Part shown: positions 61,640-64,000 of the stretch, one piece after another
Numbering within the stretch: position 1 is the stretch's first letter
Layout: each line of letters starts with the position of its first letter
Origin: Geosiphon pyriformis uo1
Taxonomy: Eukaryota > Fungi > Glomeromycota
NCBI GenBank assembly: GCA_016748015.1
Contig: JAAOMT010000703.1
Coordinates: forward strand, 1,114,255-1,178,254
Reading direction: 5' to 3'
Length of the DNA stretch: 64,000 bases
Position numbers and translations under genes: made by a program
Notes under the pieces: model-generated
Seen by the model: only the letters and a program-made list of their open reading frames with translations
Databases searched by the model: none
What the model was told of the DNA's origin: nothing

Positions 61640-64000
61640 TCACTGGATGGTAAGTCTGGAGAAAGCATCGGCGTTTTGATGATTAGCTTCTTTGCAGTGT
61701 TGAATGTTATAGTCAAATTCATCCAAGTAGAGTATCCAGCAAGTTATCTGTTTATGTTCCAGGTTTTTTTTGTTGTATAGCCAAACCAAAGCTTGGTGAT
61801 CTGTTACCACCAAAAATTTCACACTTTTAAGATATTTGTTCCAGTAGCTGGTAGCCCAAACTACTGCTAAGCATTCTTGCTCAGTAACTGAGTAGTTTCT
61901 TTCTGCTGGTGTGAGAGTTCTACTGGCATATGCTATGGCATGTTCCCTGTCATCTTCGTCTTTCTGAGAAAAAACAGCACCAAGTCCATAGCCAGATGTA
62001 TCAGTATGGAGGGTAAAAAGTTAATTCAGATTAGGTTGCATAAGAATGAGTTCTGTAACCAGTTTTTCCTTCAGAATTTCAAATGCTTTTTGTTGATGAG
62101 TGTCCCAGTAATAATTGATGTTTTTCTTAAGTAGCTGATTGAGAGGAGCAGTGATTTTGAAGAAATCCTTGACAAACTTGCGATAATAAGAGGCCAACCA
62201 AGAAAAGAATGTAGTTCATAAACATTCATTGGTTGTCTAATGTTTTGAACTTTTTCAATTTTGGCTGGATCAGAAAAAATTCCATCTTTTGTAATAAGAT
62301 GGCCAAAGAACTAGGTGGATTGATATCCAAAGAATGATTTGATTGGATTGATCTTGAGGCCAGCATTTCTAAGGAGATCAAAAACCTTTTGCAAATGTTC
62401 AAAGTATTCATCCCAGGTTTTTGAGTATACCATTATGTCGTCCAAGTAGACTAGAACAAAGTTTTCTTTTACTGATTCAAATACTTTGTCCATTAAGTGT
62501 TGAAAGGTGGGAGAAGTATTTGTGAGACCAAAAGGCATGACTGTGAATTTGTAGGTGTCATACTTGGTGATAAAGACAGTTTTCTTTCTGCTTTCTGGAT
62601 CCATCTCTACTTGCCAGAATTCAGCAGTTAAGTCAATGGTTGAGAAGAAAACAGCACCATGGAATTGGTCTAGCATTGCATCAATCTTGGAAAATGGGTA
62701 CATGTCTCTTTTAGTAATGACATTTAATTGGTGATAGTCAACACAAAAGCGTAGGGTTCCTCCTTTCTTGGATACCACTACAACTGGGAATGCCCATTCA
62801 CTCTTGGTTTCCTGTATGAATTCAAGGTTTTTCATTCAGGTTATTTCCTTTTTGATAAACTTATTATTGTGCCAGTTGGATTGATAGGGCTTCAAATGAA
62901 TGGGGCAAGTTTCTCTGGTGATAATGGTGTGTTGTATCACATGTGTACGTCCAGGAGATTTACCTTCTTTTAAGATAACTGGGCTGTTTCTAGCCAGCAG
63001 GTTTTCAATGTTTATCTTTCTTTCTTCTGGAGAGAGTTCTTTTTGTTCTACAACCAGTGATTGGATTTCAGGTGGTTTGTTTTCAAAGGACTTTTGGACT
63101 TCTTTTATTTCCTCACAGAGTATCAAGCTGATTGGTTTCCAATCTTTGTAATAGATTAGGCAGGACATGCATTCATTGCTAGAAAAATACAATGGTTTGT
63201 CGCACCAGCACCAGGCACAAGGACCATGCCACCAATAACTGTATTTGGCTTTCTTGCCTGGCTTTCTGTTAAAGGTTTTTCTGAGCATGTCATAATAAGG
63301 CCAGCAGATCAGCTTGTCATTGACAATGATTCCTTCTTTATCTGCCTTGACATTATCTAGTGGTTTGTTATTGCTGGTGAAGATGGTATAGGTGAGTTCA
63401 GCAGTTTTTTCTTGTTTTTTTTTGTTTTTCTTCTTCCTCACTTTTTTCATCATCTGATTTGTCTGATTTATTTTCTTCTGGGCTCTGCTTGGGTACTGGG
63501 GAAGTTGTCCAATGGCGACATTTAACCACAATGGGTTTCTCACCACATCTGATGGTTAGTTCACAGAGTTCATAATCAAGCAAAGCTTTTGCTTTCTTGA
63601 GCCATTCATTGCCAACAATGATGGTGTATTCTTTCACTTCAGATATTTCCATATCAGTTTTAATGCTGATGCCATTGATGCGAACAGGAATAGCTTTGGC
63701 TATGCCAAGCCCTTTCTTCTTATCACCATACACATTGGTCATTGGTCATGTGGATGGTTCATCAATTTTTCTGCCAATTGCTTCAAAAAAGTGTTTAGCA
63801 ATAACACTAACAGATGATCCACTGTCTAGGATCAAATTGATGAAGTAGCCAACCACTTGGACTTTGCAAATTAAAGGAATGACATTGCTATTGTCAACAA
63901 GTCCAGCTTGGCGAGGGCGTTTGTTGGTTTTGGGTGTCTTTTTCTTTGGAATCAGAGATTTGTGAAGATCTTTTCTGAATTGTGGATGGATCATCAATTG
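61640..64000 (-). pseudogene. Gypsy C PR-Zn ribbon-RT-RNase H
   Basis: ORFs 63746-63997, 63398-63742, 62836-63546, 62311-62835, 61640-61822 (TDHQAL, NADAFSR). Confidence 0.9.

Larger units (their letters stand above)
58856..64000 (-). mobile_element. Gypsy family C (3' portion), no dUTPase
   Basis: PR LILDSGSS, RT YLDD, RH, IN, ORF3, PPT agagaggatga, LTR. Confidence 0.93.

Overview
AT-rich eukaryotic DNA made entirely of nested, decaying retrotransposons. I found no host gene, RNA gene or CRISPR array. The protein style suggests a Glomeromycotina/Mucoromycota fungus (inference from memory, not a search). An old, heavily eroded Ty3/Gypsy element (D) is the substrate. Inserted into it are an RNase H-bearing LINE (L1, +), an ORF1-only LINE relative (HAL-like, 6933-9227), a full-length LINE (L2, -, 9327-26391) that contains full-length Gypsy B (10822-21053), and two eroded family-A Gypsy copies nested in each other (27294-41877). 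The inner copy is hit by LINE L3 (-), which contains full-length Gypsy A (45368-55574) and is cut at its 5' end by Gypsy C (-, 58856 to window end). Notable points: (1) all three Gypsy families split pol, so integrase is a separate ORF after a stop and a variable spacer, followed by a conserved third ORF; (2) families A and B share a putatively structured U5 leader, an apparent GUG gag start, extra Zn-finger modules, and a dUTPase followed by a dUTPase-like pseudo-domain; (3) an ORF1-only element carries the LINE 3' tail; (4) divergence is nearly pure C>T/G>A, mostly outside CpG and CpA. Coordinates, alignments and counts were read by eye.
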